Assembly: GCA_030390025.1 (NCBI GenBank)
Contig: CM059432.1
Span: 104,348,001-104,412,000, forward strand
DNA: 64,000 nucleotides
Direction: 5' to 3'
From: Squalus acanthias
Taxonomy: Eukaryota
A program made the position numbers and the translations under genes. Shown piece after piece: positions 61,939 to 64,000 of this stretch (the first letter of the stretch is position 1; every line of letters starts with the position of its first letter). The notes beneath the pieces were generated by a model. That model was not told where the DNA came from and searched no databases. It saw only the letters and a program-made list of their open reading frames with translations.

Positions 61939-62653
61939 GGGGAAAAATTGGGTGGCGAAGAGGGGCGCTAACATTGGCGGGGCGCTAATTTTAGCACCAC
62001 GAAAAAGTTAGTGCCTCTCTGCGGTAAATTCAGTAGTAGTGCCCCAAGCAGGAGGAGGGGCGCTACTGGAAAGCACTCCACCTCCTGCTTGGGGCGCTAC
62101 TATTGAATTTTGCAGCGCTACGTGCAGCAGCGCCACATAGCACCACGTCATTGCAGGCCTCCTCCCCTGATTAAAGGGGCGTTGCCTAGCGCTGCGTGCA
62201 CCGCGGCCCAGCTGGACCACCAGGGAGTGGGGTGCCGTGAAAACAGCCCGGCACTTGAACGATCGTGGCCGGCACCCCAAATACAAAAGTGAAAGGGGGC
62301 AGGTGCTGCCAGTCGGTCAAAATAAAAATGGCCACCCAACACCTGCCCCTTTAACTTGCGCCGCTGCCGCTACAAAACCGCCCCCTGATCCTGTCGCACA
62401 TATCGTCCGGCGATAGGTCAGGGGCGCAAGGGAAGTTTGCGGCCCGGCCGCAAGTGGGGCACTGTGCACGGTGATGACGTCATCGCCGGCAGCGCAGTGC
62501 CACGGGGCACTACTGGCCACTGCTGCCTCTAACCTCTCGCTGAAGTTCACGGGAGGTGTTAGCGGTGCCGCGCCTGGGCGTTAGAGGATTTGTGCCCTGG
62601 GGGCTCCCCCTGGGGGCGCTAACGAGAGGTGCAAACCAACCCAATTTTTCCCC
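61939..62653. mobile_element. Harbinger MITE (TAGCGCC family), both TIRs present
   Basis: Perfect 15-bp TIR ggggaaaaattgggt (61939-61953) / acccaatttttcccc (62639-62653); no clear TSD. Confidence 0.82.
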
Positions 62654-62707
62654 GCGTTTTGTGAATAGAGAACTGTAGTGGTACCGATGACCATGAAATG
62701 CAATATT

Positions 62708-63750
62708 GGGCCTGCATTTGCTGGAAACTTGCACCATAGTAATTACACATTAACGGCCTCCGCCATTATTAATATGTAAATGTTCCTGGAAATAATGGAC
62801 TAAGTGAGTTATGCCATTATTTACACTGCAGCATAATTTGCTGGTACATTTGCACCACTCCGCCGATGGTCTCTCCTAAGCCAATAAAATCTCATGCTCA
62901 CTGCTCAGCCTGCCATTGCAGTCAATGATGATCGCCAATTTGCTGCAATTTGTGCCGCAGCCACTTAGACTAAAAACTAACAGCGTGGGTATTGATGTGA
63001 TTTATGGCCCTCACATGACTTTCAGTCTGGGAGGACAACAAAGGCACCATTGGAATTGTGGAGCCTCACCCCAGCAGTCTGGAAATTGTTCTCAGAGTTT
63101 ACTTTTTCTAATTAACTCGGGTTGGTGCTCTTTTCTGGCCAGTTTTGCCATCCAGAGTCCTGTGAGTGTCTGAAGGCAATTCATTTCAGGACTCCCAGCT
63201 TTTTCTACATGTGTGTAAGGAAGGTGAAAGCACTGAAATGTCCCATCCACTTGGCATTCCCTGTTCTTGACTAGCACGGACAACCTGAAGGAGAGGCAGA
63301 AGGTGCAGGCGCGTCACTTGAGACAACATGGCCGGAATTTGAACCAATCTAGCTACTACCCCACCCCCAGAGAGTGCTCAGGGAATGAATGTCATTTGAA
63401 GCACTGCAAGAGGAGCTGTGTGTGCAGACTGCGCTTCACCAAGGAAGCAATTGGCCACCCATGTGAGATATAACTGTGGACACGCCACGGCCTGACCATC
63501 GGGGTGCTTAAAGCACTCTTCTGGTGCCTGAACAGGTTGGAGGGGGGGTTGTCTTACAGTGTGCCCCTGATAAAGTGGAAAAGAGTGTAGTGGTCTGCGG
63601 CACACAGCAGGATGGATTCACCCTTCAGTTACAGACACGTTGCCCTTGGAACCGAACCCAACCCTCATGTCCCTGGACCCATGGGTGGTGGCCTCCCAGA
63701 GCAGGGCACGGTGCCAGCGGCCAGAGAGCAGCTCAGGTGTTTGGACAATT
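62708..63750 (+). mobile_element. Internally deleted Harbinger element with a HARBI1-like transposase remnant
   Basis: N-terminal CVCRLRFTKEAI (63267..63473) is joined directly to C-terminal TIGVLKALFWCLNRLEG..PDKV..VVVC; the catalytic middle is absent. Terminus-like gggcctgcatttgc at 62708. Confidence 0.65.
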
Positions 63751-63752
63751 AA

Positions 63753-64000
63753 CCCCCCCCCCAGTCCTCACCCCCCCCAGTCCTCACCCCCCCCAGTCCT
63801 CACCCCCCCAGTCCTCACCCCCCCAGTCCTCACCCCCCCCCAGTCCTCACCCCCCCAGTCCTCACCCCCCCCAGTCCTCACACCCCCCCCCCAGTCCTCA
63901 CCCCCCCAGTCCTCACCCCCCCAGTCCTCACCCCCCAAGTCCTCACCCCCCCCAGTCCTCACCCCCCCAGTCCTCACCCCCCAAGTCCTCACACACCCTC
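63753..64000 (+). repeat. Minisatellite of C-run + AGTCCTCA units (about 14-18 bp), about 15 units, reaching the window end
   Basis: Direct reading of the sequence. Confidence 0.95.

Noticed and set aside
63753..64000. Regular repeats and a 74-aa GGED/VRTGG ORF
   Set aside because: No unique spacers or cas genes, so not CRISPR; not the TTAGGG telomere repeat; the ORF is just translated minisatellite.

Overview
Repeat-dense eukaryotic genomic DNA, most likely from a cartilaginous fish (shark). This is inferred from the mix of CR1, L2, RTE and Penelope retroelements, Deu-domain SINEs and GC-rich Harbinger MITEs. Most long ORFs are transposon-derived or their antisense shadows. The only good host-gene candidate is one splice-bounded coding exon at 19552-19802 (+), whose product I do not recognise. 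The most notable structure is a 9-kb block (1043-10031) bounded by one 13-bp target-site duplication (TSD). It is a head-to-head palindromic Penelope-like element (PLE): ~2-kb inverted arms with shared frameshifts and a hammerhead ribozyme near each outer end, later split by a near full-length CR1 (6-bp TSD). Six minimal hammerhead motifs from two PLE families occur in the window. Two of them lie in ~100-140 bp insertions that are little more than ribozyme plus 3' tail and have their own 12-15 bp TSDs. Boundaries without a stated TSD are approximate, and family names come from motif recognition, not database searches.
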